DNA from: Felis catus
Taxonomy: Eukaryota
Length of the DNA: 64,000 nt
Assembly (NCBI RefSeq): GCF_018350175.1
Contig: NC_058368.1
Span: 42,782,001-42,846,000 of the forward strand
Direction of reading: 5' to 3'
In this document: one piece after another, positions 63,301 through 64,000 of the stretch
Layout of the letters: each line of letters starts with the position of its first letter
Numbering within the stretch: position 1 is the first letter of the stretch
Position numbers and translations under genes: made by a program
The notes under the pieces: model-generated
Told to the model about the DNA's origin: nothing
Database searches by the model: none
Seen by the model: only the letters and a program-made list of their open reading frames with translations

Positions 63301-64000
63301 TGAATGTGGGTTGGAGAATTGGGGAGTTGAGCAATTGTAGCTATTTGTGTTTTGTTTTAAATATTAAACTCCCATTACACTAATTATGGCCACTTTTAAA
63401 AGGTTTAATTAAGGTGAACCACTATGATGGCTGGGAAATTTTAAATTGGTGAATAATTATTTAATTTAGTCTATAACAGATGTGAACTAGAAAAGCTATA
63501 AATATGTTTTGTTAGCACATGAAACCTGGTGTTCCATGCCACCCCTGCATCACTCTCCAGAAGAAAGAGGCCAACATCTTTGCACACATATTTTCATGCT
63601 TTGTGTCACATGATTCACTTCTAGTTGCCCAAACAGGAATTAGGATCCTTCCAAAAGCTGCCATATATATTCTGGAAATTGGTAGCTATGGTTTCTTCAG
63701 TAGCCTGATATGAGAACTCTGCCTGACAGTGAATTAATTGTATATTGAATAGATCAATAGTAATTAACTAAACCAATCATATTCTTTTTTTTAAAAAACA
63801 ACAGATACAGAGAGTTAGGAAGGAATAGAAAACAGGAAGAAAATAAATAGAAATGAATAGTATGAGGAATTTGAGAAGGAAGCAAAGAATGCCTACTTCT
63901 GAAGGTATGATAAAATGCCATAAATTCTTAAAATTTCTGAATTTCCTTAAGGTATCCCTTGATATCCATGAAGCCTAACTACCAGAGAAAAGGTAGAGAT

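Noticed and set aside
1..64000. CRISPR array, operon or other prokaryote-type novel system
   Set aside because: The sequence is mammalian and repeat-laden, with no regularly spaced repeat-spacer array and no long intact ORFs.

Overview
AT-rich, non-coding mammalian DNA, most likely from a felid (cat family): it carries 24 tRNA-derived Can-SINEs, four of them young felid SINEC_Fc-type copies with perfect target-site duplications (TSDs), plus carnivore-type L1 3' ends. I found no protein-coding gene, RNA gene or CpG island that I can support. The ORFs I could assign are L1 ORF2, ERV-L internal, SINE or LTR read-through; the rest look like chance ORFs. The window reads as an intron or gene desert built from layered transposon fossils: L1, L2, MIR, MaLR/ERVL LTRs, hAT-Charlie/MER58 and a MARNA-like mariner. 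The most notable structures are a four-layer nested insertion (about 41.3-42.6 kb), a Charlie transposase fossil inside an old L1 ORF1 (14.3-16.0 kb), an ERV-L LTR with adjacent internal remnant (55.7-56.6 kb), a nested-duplication/palindromic AT array (32.3-32.5 kb), a possible short L1 3' transduction (about 51.8 kb), and repeat-poor blocks that may be regulatory. I do not see evidence for a new biological system. Subfamily names come from my recollection of consensus sequences, not a search, and boundaries of old elements are approximate.
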